DNA from: Bacteroidota bacterium
GTDB lineage: Bacteria; Bacteroidota; Bacteroidia; 2-12-FULL-35-15
Length of the DNA: 64,000 nt
Direction of reading: 5' to 3'
NCBI GenBank assembly: GCA_947466965.1
Contig: CANIFU010000001.1
Location: forward strand, 61,885 to 125,884
The first letter of the stretch is position 1. Each line of letters opens with the position of its first letter. The notes beneath the pieces were generated by a model. The model did no database searches and was not told the DNA's origin. It saw only the letters and a list, made by a program, of their open reading frames with translations. Position numbers and translations under genes: made by a program. Below are positions 9,579 to 20,448 of this stretch, one piece after another.

Positions 9579-11630
9579 TTACCAGATTTTAACCCTTACA
9601 TTTTCATCTCGATACATCTTATCCCCCTTCTTTATATTAAAGGCTTTGTAAAATTCATCCATGTCTGAAAGTGGCCCATTGATGCGAAATTCTGCGGGTG
9701 AATGCACATCACTCATGATTTGTTTTGCCAATGAGGCATCCGTCCGGTTAACCATCCATGCATAGGCATACGATAGGAAATAGCGTTGGTCGGCCGTATA
9801 TCCCTTGATTAATTCAGATGATTTTCCTTGTGGTGTTTTTTTGAACGCTTCGTATCCCATAATAACTCCACCTAGGTCGGCAATGTTTTCTCCTTGTGTG
9901 TTTTCTCCTCTCACATGCATGCTGTCGAGTACTACATAGTTATTGAATTGTTCAACAATTAGTTTTGTTTTTGAAACAAATTTTTCTCGGTCTTCTTTGC
10001 TCCACCAATCGGATAAATTACCATTTTCATCAAATAAACTTCCCTGATCGTCAAAGCCATGCGTTATTTCATGACCAAAAGTTGATCCGCCTATAATTCC
10101 ATATAAAACTGCATCATCCGGCATTCTTCCTTCAAATCCGGGAACAATGATATTACATGCAGGCACTACAATTTCGTTGCTTGCCGGATTGTAATATGCA
10201 TTATATGTTTGAGGATACATTTCCCATTCTGAAAGGTCTACAGGTTTTCCATACTTATTCAGTCTGAACTCATATTCCCATTTATCTATGTTGATCATGT
10301 TTTGAAGATATCCGCTTCGATCGATCTGTAAACTCGACATATCCTTCCATTTGTCGGGATATCCTACTTTCATTACGATCTTATTTAATTTACTTAGTGC
10401 TTTTTGTTTGGTTACGTCACTCATCCATTCTAGCCTTTTTATGTGTTCGGCATAAACATCACGTACGTTATTTCCAATTTCTAATAGTTTTTCTTTCGTT
10501 CCTTTCGGCAGGTATTCTTCTACATAAACTTGTCCGATCAATTCACCTAAAGAGCCGTCTGTAATTCCCACAATTCTTTTCCATCGTGGTTTTTGTTCTT
10601 TTATACCATCCAGGATTGTGGAGTAGAAATAAAAATTTTGATCTTCAATACCTTTATTCATTGCACTAGCATAGTTATTAATCAAACTCCATCTAAGATA
10701 TATTTTCCAGTCGCTGATGCTTATTTTTTTTATGCTAGTTTCAAGTTGTGTAAAAAATTCAGGTTGCCCAACTATAACAGAATCTATGTTTTTTAATCCG
10801 AGCAATGAAAGTATTTCTTTCCAGTTGATAGATGGAGTTGACTTATTAAGAGAAGCAATAGCCATTTTGTTGTAATTCTTATATGGATCTCTTAAGTCTT
10901 CCATTTTTCTTGAAGCTTTTGCCAAAGCCGATTCAATAAACATTGTAGTCGCAGCATTTTTTTGAGCAAGATTTTTTTCTGTCCCTGTTAATTCAAAAAT
11001 TTTCTGAATGTGTTTAACGTATTCGTTACGAATATTGATTGTTCGGGAATCTGAATTGAAATAATAATCGCGCTCGGGAAGTCCAAGTCGAACTTGTCCC
11101 AGATATACAATATATTTTGAACTGTTTTTGTCATCTCTTGAAACATTAAATCCAAACATGGTTGGAAGATTCATTTTATATAAGTGTGAAACAACAGTTA
11201 ATAATTCGGGTACCGTTTTAATTGCATCAATTTTTGAAAATTCATCATTAAGTGCTGTGTAATTTGCTTTTTCAATACTTAATGTATCCATTCCACTATA
11301 ATACAGATCGCCAATTTTCTGTTTGTTACTTCCCTTTATCGCTTTCGTATCAGCAGCAGATGACTCACAAATTTTTCTTACAGATTCATTTATTGTATCT
11401 TGAATAGTTTGAAAAATACCGTTACTCTTTTCTGACGAAGGAATCGGATGTTTTTTAAACCAACCATTATTCGCATAAAGGAAAAAGTTTTCTCCTGCTG
11501 CTATTGTTGAATCTATATGACTCGAGATAGGGTCTTGATTTGTTAGTGGGGATTCGGCTTTTTTTTCTGAATGATTACAAGCGGATAAAATTATGGCAAT
11601 AGATGCTGAAAAGAATAAATGCTTTTTCAT
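9579..11630 (-). CDS. M13 family zinc metallopeptidase (neprilysin/PepO-like) lipoprotein
   Basis: Lipobox LSAC, HEITHGF zinc motif, GENIADLGG second motif, C-terminal ...VRVKIW. Confidence 0.9.
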   Translation of the reverse strand: MKKHLFFSASIAIILSACNHSEKKAESPLTNQDPISSHIDSTIAAGENFFLYANNGWFKKHPIPSSEKSNGIFQTIQDTINESVRKICESSAADTKAIKGSNKQKIGDLYYSGMDTLSIEKANYTALNDEFSKIDAIKTVPELLTVVSHLYKMNLPTMFGFNVSRDDKNSSKYIVYLGQVRLGLPERDYYFNSDSRTINIRNEYVKHIQKIFELTGTEKNLAQKNAATTMFIESALAKASRKMEDLRDPYKNYNKMAIASLNKSTPSINWKEILSLLGLKNIDSVIVGQPEFFTQLETSIKKISISDWKIYLRWSLINNYASAMNKGIEDQNFYFYSTILDGIKEQKPRWKRIVGITDGSLGELIGQVYVEEYLPKGTKEKLLEIGNNVRDVYAEHIKRLEWMSDVTKQKALSKLNKIVMKVGYPDKWKDMSSLQIDRSGYLQNMINIDKWEYEFRLNKYGKPVDLSEWEMYPQTYNAYYNPASNEIVVPACNIIVPGFEGRMPDDAVLYGIIGGSTFGHEITHGFDDQGSLFDENGNLSDWWSKEDREKFVSKTKLIVEQFNNYVVLDSMHVRGENTQGENIADLGGVIMGYEAFKKTPQGKSSELIKGYTADQRYFLSYAYAWMVNRTDASLAKQIMSDVHSPAEFRINGPLSDMDEFYKAFNIKKGDKMYRDENVRVKIW

Positions 11631-11664
11631 TTTTATTTAAAGTATATGTTTATGATTTTTTAAT

Positions 11665-12573
11665 TTATTTTGTAAGATGTTTAAATACATCTTCTAGTCG
11701 TTGTTCTTCTTTATGTAATGTTAAAACAATTAATCCGTTTTTAACTGCAAATTGAAATATGTCTGTTCGTATATCTTTGTTTGAAAGCGCTTCAATCTGC
11801 CAGCTATTTCCACTTATATTTTTTGCATCGTAAACATCTGTGATTGTTTTTAAGGAATTGCGTGATGTTTCTTTGTCAAACTCAACAGTAATAAATTGCT
11901 TATTTTGCGTTTGTGTTTTTTGAATGATTGATGTTTTATCGTTTGCAACAATTTGTCCGTTGTTAACAATTATAACACGATCACAAACGGCCTCTACCTC
12001 TTGCATAATATGTGTTGAAAGCATTACAGTTTTTTCTTTTCCTACCTGAATGATCAGGTTGCGTATCTCTTCCAGTTGGTTGGGATCCAATCCTGTTGTA
12101 GGTTCATCCAAAATTAGCACTTTGGGATCGTGAATCAAGGCTTGCGCTAATCCTACACGTTGTCGGTATCCTTTCGATAATGCTCCGATCTTTTTCTTTT
12201 GTTCTATTTGTAGACCCGTCATTTCAATCATTTCGGCTATACGTGAGTTTATGTTTTTTAAATGATGCAATCCTCCGATGAATTCTAAATATTCTTTAAC
12301 ATACATGTCAAGATATAAAGGATTGTGTTCAGGAAGGTAACCTACATTTTTACGAACTTCTAAACTTTGCTCAGCAACATCGAAGCCGAAAACAGTTGCT
12401 GTACCTGATGTTTGAGGGATAAAGCAGGTTAGAATTTTCATCATCGTTGATTTTCCTGCACCATTCGGACCTAGGAAACCTACAATTTCACCTGTATTTA
12501 CTTCAAATGAAACATCGTTTAAGGCTTTTTGCTCCCCGTATATCTTTGAGATGTTTGTTACTTTTATCGACAT
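11665..12573 (-). CDS. gldA: Gliding-motility-associated ABC transporter ATP-binding subunit GldA-like
   Basis: 302-aa ABC ATPase (GPNGAGKST, LSKGYRQRVGLA, LILDEPT). The N-terminus and length closely resemble Flavobacterium GldA as I recall it. Not verified by a search. Confidence 0.7.
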   Translation of the reverse strand: MSIKVTNISKIYGEQKALNDVSFEVNTGEIVGFLGPNGAGKSTMMKILTCFIPQTSGTATVFGFDVAEQSLEVRKNVGYLPEHNPLYLDMYVKEYLEFIGGLHHLKNINSRIAEMIEMTGLQIEQKKKIGALSKGYRQRVGLAQALIHDPKVLILDEPTTGLDPNQLEEIRNLIIQVGKEKTVMLSTHIMQEVEAVCDRVIIVNNGQIVANDKTSIIQKTQTQNKQFITVEFDKETSRNSLKTITDVYDAKNISGNSWQIEALSNKDIRTDIFQFAVKNGLIVLTLHKEEQRLEDVFKHLTK

Positions 12574-12678
12574 GTTTTTTTATATTCAAATGTTTAGGTG
12601 TTAAAGCACTTTTATTTTGTTTTAATAAACCATCAACGAATAACTTTCAACTAATTACACAAAGCTAATTCTTTTTGA

Positions 12679-12686
12679 TAAATTTG
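12679..12686 (+). promoter_or_regulatory. Bacteroidota -7 promoter box (TAaaTTTG) upstream of rsgA
   Basis: Exact TAnnTTTG match 34 nt upstream of the rsgA ATG. Confidence 0.4.
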
Positions 12687-12719
12687 ATGCTCAAAAAAAA
12701 TGTTAAACGGTAAAATCAA

Positions 12720-13646
12720 ATGAAGGGTGTTGTTATTAAGTCCACAGGAAGTTGGTATACTGTTTTGTCAGAGAATACCAAAATAGAATGTAGGATCAAA
12801 GGTGTTTTTAGAATAAAAGGGATAAAATCCACAAATCCCATAGCAGTTGGCGATAATGTTGAATTTGAAATGGAAGTGGATGGAAGAGGAGTGATTCACG
12901 CAATCGGAGAGAGGAAAAATTATATTATTCGGAAATCAATTAATCTTTCCAAACAATCTCATATTCTTGCTGCAAATGTTGATCAGGCATTGCTTATCGT
13001 TACATTAGCATTCCCAAGAACATCGACCGGTTTTATCGATCGATTTTTGCTTACAGCAGAGGCGTATCATATCCCCACCGTCATCATCTTTAATAAAGTA
13101 GATCTTTTTCTTCAAGATGAGCGCAGTATGGAGGAATTGAATGATTTTATTGCACTGTATGAACGAATCGGGTACAAATGTTATAAAGTTTCGGCAACTG
13201 AAAAATTAGATATCGAAATATTAAAAACCATAACAACGAATAAAACATCTCTAGTTGCAGGGCATTCAGGTGTCGGGAAGTCTACATTGGTTAATGCAAT
13301 GGATGCGAATCTTGATTTAAAAGTAGGGGAAATTTCCGACGCGCATAGCAAAGGGAAGCACACAACAACATTTGCAGAAATGCACCCTTTGAATTATGGC
13401 GGATTTATTATTGACACACCCGGGATTAAAGAATTGGGTTTGGTGGATATGGAAAAAGAGGAGATTGCAAATTATTTTCCGGAAATGCATTCGATTAAAA
13501 ATCAATGTAAGTTTAATAATTGTGTTCATATCAATGAGCCGAAATGTGCTGTGATCGCCGCTGTTGAACGAGGTGAAATTGCGCTGTCGAGATATGGGAG
13601 TTATTTAGGTATTATGCACGGAGAAGAATTGGATACAGAGTATTAA
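12720..13646 (+). CDS. rsgA: Ribosome small-subunit-dependent GTPase A
   Basis: Circularly permuted GTPase (NKVDL ... GHSGVGKSTLVN ... DTPG) with a C-terminal zinc-finger cysteine/histidine cluster (CKFNNCVHINEPKC). Confidence 0.92.
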   Translation: MKGVVIKSTGSWYTVLSENTKIECRIKGVFRIKGIKSTNPIAVGDNVEFEMEVDGRGVIHAIGERKNYIIRKSINLSKQSHILAANVDQALLIVTLAFPRTSTGFIDRFLLTAEAYHIPTVIIFNKVDLFLQDERSMEELNDFIALYERIGYKCYKVSATEKLDIEILKTITTNKTSLVAGHSGVGKSTLVNAMDANLDLKVGEISDAHSKGKHTTTFAEMHPLNYGGFIIDTPGIKELGLVDMEKEEIANYFPEMHSIKNQCKFNNCVHINEPKCAVIAAVERGEIALSRYGSYLGIMHGEELDTEY

Positions 13647-13680
13647 GTAGTAGAAAATTGAAAATATTTTTTTAAAATAT

Positions 13681-14133
13681 ATGAGGGTTGTTATCCAAAG
13701 AGTTTCCGATGCATCCGTTACAATCGATGGAATAATAAAAAGCTCCATTGGCTTAGGTTTGCTTATTTTGCTGGGTATTGAAGATGCAGATAACCAGGAA
13801 GATGTTGAATGGTTAAGTGGTAAGATTGTTAATCTACGTATTTTTAATGATGCAAATGGTATAATGAATTTGTCTCTAAAAGATACGAATGGAGAAATTA
13901 TTGTCGTATCACAGTTTACTTTGCACGCCTCTACAAAAAAAGGAAATCGTCCATCATATATTAAAGCCGCAAAGCCTGAAACGGCTATTCCTCTTTATGA
14001 AAAATTTATTTCACAGCTGCGTAGTGATTTAGGGAAAGATATTCAGACCGGCACGTTTGGGGCGGATATGAAAGTGCATTTGTTGAATGATGGTCCGGTT
14101 ACGATCATAATTGATAGTAAGAACAGGGAATAA
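13681..14133 (+). CDS. dtd: D-aminoacyl-tRNA deacylase
   Basis: MRVVIQRV..., SQFTL and GPVT motifs; 150 aa. Confidence 0.93.
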   Translation: MRVVIQRVSDASVTIDGIIKSSIGLGLLILLGIEDADNQEDVEWLSGKIVNLRIFNDANGIMNLSLKDTNGEIIVVSQFTLHASTKKGNRPSYIKAAKPETAIPLYEKFISQLRSDLGKDIQTGTFGADMKVHLLNDGPVTIIIDSKNRE

Positions 14134-14159
14134 AGAAGTGTATTTATATAGTGCGTGAT

Positions 14160-15401
14160 TTATTCAAATCGCAATGCTTCAATAGGATCTAATTTTGAAG
14201 CCTTAATGGCAGGGTAAATGCCTGCGGCAGTTCCAACAATTAAACAGAGAATCGTACTCATGATAATCCAGAACCAAGGAATAATAAAGCTAATGCCAAA
14301 CATGTATGCAATTACATTTCCGAGTATAATGCCAAGTAAGGTTCCTGCAAATCCTCCAAGCTGACAAATTACAAGCGCTTCTACCAAAAACTGGCTTCGG
14401 ATTGTTTTCTTAGTTGCACCCACTGCTTTTCTAATACCAATCTCACGTGTTCTTTCGGAAACTGAAACTAACATAATATTCATTAATCCGATTGCCGCTC
14501 CCAATAGTGTAATGATTCCTATTATAGTCGCCCCCATAGTTACTTTCTGCATGTTTTCAATCAACAGATTGGCAAGGTTATCACTCTTGGTAATCTCGAA
14601 TGTATCTTCTTCTCCCGCACTTAATTTTCTGATGACTCTGAATGTTCCAATTGCTTCGCCAACAGCTGCGTCCATAAGTTGTGAGTTATTACACATAACA
14701 TTAATGGTGAAGGTCATATTTGGGATTGAAAAGTATTGGCGAACATTGCTTAAAGGCAAGATTGCAACTTTATCTCCTCCAAAACCTACACTATTTCCTT
14801 TTGATTTTAGGATTCCTATAATTCTGTATTTACCGCTTCCAATAGTTATCACCTTATCAATTGGGTCTTGCTTTTTAGAGAACAAGGCATCAATTACCTC
14901 TTTACCTAAAATTACAACATGCTTTCCGTATTGGATTTCCTGAGACGAAAAGTTACGTCCTTTTTCTAATTCGTAACCGGATGTGCTCATGTAGTTTTCA
15001 TCCCCTCCAAAAACGCGAATATTGGGGTTTGTTTTTTTTGATTCAAATTTTATGGTAGACGCACCAGAAGCAAAAGTGGATACCGAAGGTTTTGCAGGAA
15101 AATTATATGCTTTAGTAAAATCTACAGCTTCTTGATAAGTGATGCTTCTGAAAGCCTTTGGTCTTTTGCCGTTTCTGCCGATTCTAACCGTCATTTCTCG
15201 GTTCCGGATGGTAAATGTATTTGCGCCCATGCTCGTGAAATTACTGTTGATGGATGATTTGAGCGCATCAATAGAAGTAAGGGTTCCAACCAAAGAGGTA
15301 ATGCCTATTGTTATAATAAAAACAGTAAGTGTTGTTCGCAAAAGCTGGCTTCTGATTGCACGTAACGATATTTTTATATTTTCTCTTAGAACAGAAGCCA
15401 T
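14160..15401 (-). CDS. ABC transporter permease (MacB-like periplasmic domain plus FtsX domain)
   Basis: N-terminal TM helix, large extracytoplasmic domain, C-terminal FtsX-type 3-TM bundle (RTREIGIRKAVGA). Confidence 0.85.
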   Translation of the reverse strand: MASVLRENIKISLRAIRSQLLRTTLTVFIITIGITSLVGTLTSIDALKSSINSNFTSMGANTFTIRNREMTVRIGRNGKRPKAFRSITYQEAVDFTKAYNFPAKPSVSTFASGASTIKFESKKTNPNIRVFGGDENYMSTSGYELEKGRNFSSQEIQYGKHVVILGKEVIDALFSKKQDPIDKVITIGSGKYRIIGILKSKGNSVGFGGDKVAILPLSNVRQYFSIPNMTFTINVMCNNSQLMDAAVGEAIGTFRVIRKLSAGEEDTFEITKSDNLANLLIENMQKVTMGATIIGIITLLGAAIGLMNIMLVSVSERTREIGIRKAVGATKKTIRSQFLVEALVICQLGGFAGTLLGIILGNVIAYMFGISFIIPWFWIIMSTILCLIVGTAAGIYPAIKASKLDPIEALRFE

Positions 15402-15551
15402 TGTTACTTTTTAGATCAACAAAATTAGTAAACTAATTGGAATGAACTTGCTTGAATTTCTGAGTTTATAAAATTTCATAATTTTATTGATGAAAACGCC
15501 CATTAAATTCCTAAAAAAAATGTACATTTATTGCGTTCTAAAAAAAAAACA

Positions 15552-16424
15552 ATGATTTTAAAAAAATACATTTTTTTGAGTTTTATAGTTGTGGTGCTTA
15601 GTATGTTTTTTTTTAACACAACAGCTTATGCTCAAGGAAACAAAAAGCCAGCAGCCGGATCCAAAGGTGCGCCTGCAAAAGCTTCAGCAAAAGGCACTTT
15701 GGCTGCGGATATGGATTGCACCGTCAAAATAAACGGTGCAGCCAAGTTGATCAACTTAAAAGCGTATGCTCCTCTGGAGGTTGTTTTGAAAGTTGGCGAC
15801 AATAGTATCGAAGCGGTATCTATTGATAAGAAATCAACATACAGAAATTCTATTATTGGTAAACCCGGAGAAACAGTGATTGTTGAAATCTCCTTTTTTG
15901 ATGATAGTAAGTTTTTGGATTATATCAAAACAGGAAATGTAAATATGGCCGAGACTGCAATTAAAAAAAATCCAGGGCTAGCAACAAATCAGGATGGAAG
16001 TCTCGTTTCTTCTCCCCTTCAAATTGCAATAGAAAATTCACAGCCCGAAATGGTAGCATTTCTAATGAGTAAAGGAGCAAGTTTTTTAAAGCCTGAAAAT
16101 ATTTATCCGCTTCATTTAGCAATTAAATTTTCATCGTCTTCAAAACCTGTAAAAGATAAACCAGCTATTGACAAACAATTTGTTGAACTTTTTTTAAGTA
16201 AAGGATGTAAAATTACAGATAAAGATGATGGAGGAAATTCACCATTGCATTGTGCTGTAAGAGCTGGAAAAATGGATATTGTAGTGATGTTGGTGAAGAT
16301 GGGCGCTGACGTAAATGCTAAAAATGATTTTGATGATACGCCATTGAAAATTGCTGAAGATAAAGGGTTAATTTCAATCATTAGTTTTTTGGCAGCAAAT
16401 GGTGCAATTCCCTCTAAAAAATAA
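15552..16424 (+). CDS. Secreted ankyrin-repeat protein with an N-terminal beta-rich domain
   Basis: Signal peptide (ATG at 15552). The C-terminal half has ankyrin repeats (SPLQIAIENSQPEMVAFLMSKGA, NSPLHCAVRAGKMDIVVMLVKMGADVNAKN, DTPLKIAEDKG). Confidence 0.8.
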   Translation: MILKKYIFLSFIVVVLSMFFFNTTAYAQGNKKPAAGSKGAPAKASAKGTLAADMDCTVKINGAAKLINLKAYAPLEVVLKVGDNSIEAVSIDKKSTYRNSIIGKPGETVIVEISFFDDSKFLDYIKTGNVNMAETAIKKNPGLATNQDGSLVSSPLQIAIENSQPEMVAFLMSKGASFLKPENIYPLHLAIKFSSSSKPVKDKPAIDKQFVELFLSKGCKITDKDDGGNSPLHCAVRAGKMDIVVMLVKMGADVNAKNDFDDTPLKIAEDKGLISIISFLAANGAIPSKK

Positions 16425-16479
16425 TAACATCAGATTTTAAAATTAAACCTTAAAAAATATACCTACAAAAAACTAGATT

Positions 16480-18747
16480 ATGGCTTTTGATATTGAGATG
16501 ATAAAGGCACTTTATGAAAAGATGCCTTATAAAGTAGATGCAGCGCGCAAAATGATAGGGCGACCACTGACCTTAACTGAGAAAATATTATATTCTCATT
16601 TGCATATAGATCAAAAATCGGAAAACTTTCAACGTGGTCAATCATATGTTGACTTCGCTCCAGATAGAGTTGCGATGCAAGATGCTACTGCTCAAATGGC
16701 TTTGCTCCAATTTATGCAGTCGGGGCGCCCCAAAGTGGCTGTTCCCTCAACTGTTCACTGTGATCACTTAATTACAGCTAAAGAAGGTGCTGCAACAGAT
16801 TTGGCTTTTGCTTCAAAAGAAAGTAAAGAAGTATTTGATTTTCTTGGTTCTGTTTCAAATAAATATGGCATTGGTTTTTGGAAACCAGGTGCGGGTATTA
16901 TTCATCAGGTTGTTCTTGAAAATTACGCTTTCCCTGGTGGAATGATGATCGGAACCGATTCTCACACTGTAAATGCAGGTGGTTTAGGAATGATTGCCAT
17001 TGGTGTTGGTGGTGCTGATGCATGTGATGTTATGGCCGGGTTAGCTTGGGAATTAAAAATGCCTAAATTGATCGGCGTAAAACTTACCGGAAAATTAAAC
17101 GGTTGGACTGCTCCGAAAGATGTAATTTTAAAAGTTGCAGGTATCCTTACTGTAAAAGGTGGTACCGATGCTGTTGTTGAATATTTTGGTGAAGGTGCTA
17201 CTTCAATGAGTTGTACCGGAAAAGGTACAATTTGTAACATGGGCGCTGAAATTGGTGCTACTACTTCTACTTTTGGTTATGATGCTTCTATGGAGCGTTA
17301 CTTGAAAGCTACAGGCAGAGCAGATGTGGCGGAACTTGCTAATAATGTAAAAGAACATTTAACAGCAGATGCTGATGTATATGCAAATCCTGAAAAGTAT
17401 TTTGATCAAGTGATTGAAATTGATTTGTCAACCCTTGAGCCACATGTTAACGGTCCGTTTACTCCGGATTTAGCAACTCCTATTTCCAAATTAAAAGAAG
17501 AAGCAATTAAAAACGGATGGCCGTTAAAAATAGCTGTTGGTTTGTTGGGTTCTTGTACAAACTCTTCATACGAAGACATTGCTCGTGCAGTAAGTCTTGC
17601 AAAACAGGTTGCATCTAAAAATTTAAAAGCGAAAGCTGAATACCTTATCAACCCGGGTTCTGAGCAAATTCGCTACACCATTAAACGTGATGGATTCTTG
17701 GATGTGTTCGATCAGATTGGGGCGAAAGTTTTTACAAATGCATGTGGACCTTGTATCGGAATGTGGGACAGAATGGGGGCAGAGAAGCAAGAGAAAAACA
17801 CGATCATTCATTCTTTCAATAGAAATTTTGCGAAGCGTGCGGATGGAAATCCAAACACATTCGCATTCGTAGCATCCCCCGAAATTGTAACAGCAATGGC
17901 AATTGCCGGTGATCTTACTTTTAATCCGCTTACAGATTATTTAACAAATGAAAAGGGCGAAAAAGTAAAATTGGATGCTCCTACAGGTGATGAGTTACCT
18001 CCAAAAGGTTTTGCTGTTGAAGATGCCGGTTATCAGGCACCAGCTGCCGATGGAAGTAACGTTTCTGTTGTCGTTTCTCCGACTTCAAGTCGTTTACAAT
18101 TGCTAGATCCCTTTGCTGCTTGGGAAGGTGTTGATCTGAAAGGTCTGAAATTGTTGATTAAAGCAAAAGGAAAATGTACGACCGATCATATTTCAATGGC
18201 TGGTCCATGGTTGAAATTCCGCGGTCACTTGGACAATATCTCAAATAATATGTTGATCGGTGCTGTTAATTTTTTCAATGAAAAAACAGACAACGTAAAA
18301 AATCAACTTACTGGAACTTACGATTCTGTGCCTAAAGTTCAACGTGCATATAAAGCACAGAACATAGGTTCTATAGTAGTGGGTGATGAAAATTACGGGG
18401 AAGGCTCTTCGCGTGAACATGCCGCCATGGAACCTCGTCACCTTGGGGTGCGTGCTGTCTTGGTGAAATCGTTTGCCCGTATTCATGAAACAAATCTAAA
18501 GAAGCAGGGGATGTTGGGATTGACTTTTGCAGATAAAACGGATTATGAAAAAATAAAGGAAGATGATACTGTTGATATTCTTGGTTTAACTACATTTGCT
18601 CCAAATACTCCATTGACATTGGTGTTTAACCACGCTGACGGAAGTAAGGATGAGATCAAGGCAAATCACACATACAATGAACAGCAAATTGAATGGTTTA
18701 AAGCAGGAGGTGCTTTAAATATTATTCGTGCAAATGTAAAAGCATAA
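16480..18747 (+). CDS. Aconitate hydratase (monomeric 755-aa type)
   Basis: Aconitase motifs ([26 protein letters not shown]) and a swivel domain with SSREHAA. Confidence 0.95.
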   Translation: MAFDIEMIKALYEKMPYKVDAARKMIGRPLTLTEKILYSHLHIDQKSENFQRGQSYVDFAPDRVAMQDATAQMALLQFMQSGRPKVAVPSTVHCDHLITAKEGAATDLAFASKESKEVFDFLGSVSNKYGIGFWKPGAGIIHQVVLENYAFPGGMMIGTDSHTVNAGGLGMIAIGVGGADACDVMAGLAWELKMPKLIGVKLTGKLNGWTAPKDVILKVAGILTVKGGTDAVVEYFGEGATSMSCTGKGTICNMGAEIGATTSTFGYDASMERYLKATGRADVAELANNVKEHLTADADVYANPEKYFDQVIEIDLSTLEPHVNGPFTPDLATPISKLKEEAIKNGWPLKIAVGLLGSCTNSSYEDIARAVSLAKQVASKNLKAKAEYLINPGSEQIRYTIKRDGFLDVFDQIGAKVFTNACGPCIGMWDRMGAEKQEKNTIIHSFNRNFAKRADGNPNTFAFVASPEIVTAMAIAGDLTFNPLTDYLTNEKGEKVKLDAPTGDELPPKGFAVEDAGYQAPAADGSNVSVVVSPTSSRLQLLDPFAAWEGVDLKGLKLLIKAKGKCTTDHISMAGPWLKFRGHLDNISNNMLIGAVNFFNEKTDNVKNQLTGTYDSVPKVQRAYKAQNIGSIVVGDENYGEGSSREHAAMEPRHLGVRAVLVKSFARIHETNLKKQGMLGLTFADKTDYEKIKEDDTVDILGLTTFAPNTPLTLVFNHADGSKDEIKANHTYNEQQIEWFKAGGALNIIRANVKA

Positions 18748-18769
18748 GTATATTTCTATTTGAAATTTA

Positions 18770-18803
18770 GAATGCTCTGTATTTATGCGGAGCATTCTTT
18801 TTT
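18770..18803 (+). terminator. Aconitase terminator
   Basis: GAATGCTC-(12 nt)-GAGCATTC followed by T6. Confidence 0.7.
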
Positions 18804-18817
18804 AAATTAAAAAAGTT

Positions 18818-19690
18818 ATGAAAGCATATAACCCCAAAGATTGGTCAAAATTAATTTTTCAATTTCATAAGTCCGATTCGTTTCGAATGTTATTGCCTGC
18901 AATGATAGCTTTGGCATTGTATTCTTCTGTATTATGTTATTTGCATGTTGAAGCGAAAGTGATTACACTTAGAAGTACTACTGTCATGCATTCACTTTTA
19001 GGTTTTGTACTTTCTTTACTGCTCGTCTTCAGAACAAATACAGCCTACGATCGATGGTGGGAAGGTAGAAGGTTATGGGGCGACTTAATGAATAATAGCA
19101 GAAACCTAATGCTGAAATTGAATGCATACCTTCCTGTTGAAGACCTTGAATTAAAAAATGAGTTCAGGATTTTAATTAGCAATTATGCTTTTGCATTAAA
19201 AGAACATTTGCGTGGAGGTTTTAAAGCAGAACAATTGGAAGAACACCCTAATTTGAAATTGAAAACGTTAAGTGAATGTAATCATATTCCCAATAGAATT
19301 GCTCAGCAGCTTTTTTTTGAAACGGATGCTCTCCAAAAACAAAACAAAATATCTGAAGAGAAATTATACTTGCTGAACGAAGAGTTGCGTTCATTTACAA
19401 ATATAGTAGGTGCATGCGAACGCATAAAATCAACTCCGATACCATTTTCATACAGTACATTTATTAAGCGGGTTATACTCCTATATATGATCACTTTGCC
19501 AATCGGTTTGGTGGGTGATTTTAAATGGGCGACCATTCCGATGGTGCTTTTTGTTTTTTATGCTTTTGCAGGATTAGAACTTATTGCAGAAGAAATTGAA
19601 GATCCTTTTGGACATGAAGATAACGATTTACCCACCGACGAAATTGCTATTCGTATCAAGAAAAATTTAAAAGAAATTATTGGATTTTAA
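18818..19690 (+). CDS. Bestrophin-family (YneE/UPF0187) ion channel
   Basis: 290 aa; FRTNTAYDRWWEGRRLWG is the hallmark of bacterial bestrophin homologs. Confidence 0.85.
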   Translation: MKAYNPKDWSKLIFQFHKSDSFRMLLPAMIALALYSSVLCYLHVEAKVITLRSTTVMHSLLGFVLSLLLVFRTNTAYDRWWEGRRLWGDLMNNSRNLMLKLNAYLPVEDLELKNEFRILISNYAFALKEHLRGGFKAEQLEEHPNLKLKTLSECNHIPNRIAQQLFFETDALQKQNKISEEKLYLLNEELRSFTNIVGACERIKSTPIPFSYSTFIKRVILLYMITLPIGLVGDFKWATIPMVLFVFYAFAGLELIAEEIEDPFGHEDNDLPTDEIAIRIKKNLKEIIGF

Positions 19691-19962
19691 AGAGCCATTA
19701 ATCCTTCAATTCCTTCCATCTCTTTATATTTTTTGATAATTGAATCAGCATCAAGCATTGCTTCTTTTATAGTTATGCTAATGTATTTTCCATTGGAGGA
19801 TTCTTTCTGAGAAATAATCGCTTCGTCAGAAAATTTAGATTCAACAAGCGCAATTTTTCTATTATCCGCAGGAATGATGAATTTGAACATGTAGATTGAT
19901 GGCCAATCTTTTTCTTTTTTAAGCTGCGCTCTTAGTTTTTCAAATTGTTCATCTTTATTCAT
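19687..19962 (-). CDS. DUF493 (YbeD-like) small protein
   Basis: 91 aa; the WPSIYMFKFIIP... pattern and size are typical of Bacteroidota DUF493 proteins. Confidence 0.65.
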   Translation of the reverse strand: MNKDEQFEKLRAQLKKEKDWPSIYMFKFIIPADNRKIALVESKFSDEAIISQKESSNGKYISITIKEAMLDADSIIKKYKEMEGIEGLMAL

Positions 19963-20016
19963 AATACAAAGATAAAGCTTTATTGCTTTTCAGTACTTTT
20001 GTTTCAAATATTTATT

Positions 20017-20223
20017 ATGGAAACGTTTAAAATCAAAGGAGCATATATTCAGTTAAATCAGTTAATTAAAGCCATGGGATGGTGTGAAAACGGTGCTCAG
20101 GCGAACACATTGATTGACGATGGCTTAGTGAAAGTGAATGGAATAGTGGAGCAACGCAAACGTAATAAATTAGTTGTTGGTGCAAAAATAGAATTTAATA
20201 ATAATGTTGTTTTAATAGAATAA
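20017..20223 (+). CDS. S4-domain RNA-binding protein (YbcJ-like)
   Basis: METFKIKGAYIQLNQLIKAMGWCENGAQANTLIDDGLVKVNG...RKRNKL. The start is moved to the ATG at 20017 because the upstream part overlaps the divergent gene. Confidence 0.75.
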   Translation: METFKIKGAYIQLNQLIKAMGWCENGAQANTLIDDGLVKVNGIVEQRKRNKLVVGAKIEFNNNVVLIE

Positions 20224-20246
20224 TGACGAAGCTGTTTTTTTTAAAA

Positions 20247-20274
20247 TGTTGTTTTTTTTTACAACAATTTTTTT
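20247..20274 (+). terminator. Weak AT-rich hairpin and T-run
   Basis: TGTTGT-T8-ACAACA followed by ATTTTTTT. Confidence 0.4.
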
Positions 20275-20448
20275 CGGTCACTAAATTTTATGAGTAAGTC
20301 GTTTTTGATTTACCTCTTATGTGTATCATTTTTTTCCAAAAAATAATCCCGTTGGAGAACCATTTACAATAATTCACTGATCAGAGAGTCGTTCATCCAA
20401 ATTGAAAATAAAATGAAGCTAAATTATAGTTGGGAATCATTAAAAATT

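Noticed and set aside
14512-15414. Antisense ORFs 14512-14943 and 15139-15414 within the FtsX-type permease gene.
   Set aside because: The sense-strand product has clear MacB/FtsX architecture. The antisense products have no motifs and overlap it completely.
19687-19690. Convergent genes share a palindromic TTAA that supplies the stop codon on both strands. A similar case is TAATTA at 7520-7525 between der and the beta-barrel gene.
   Set aside because: The observation is real but is expected by chance in a compact AT-rich genome. No evidence of regulatory meaning.
20223-20297. 24-codon ORF (MTKLFFLKCCFF...) that overlaps the stop of the S4-domain gene by TAATG.
   Set aside because: It is made almost entirely of the T-runs of a terminator-like hairpin. 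It has no ribosome-binding context and no recognisable peptide features.
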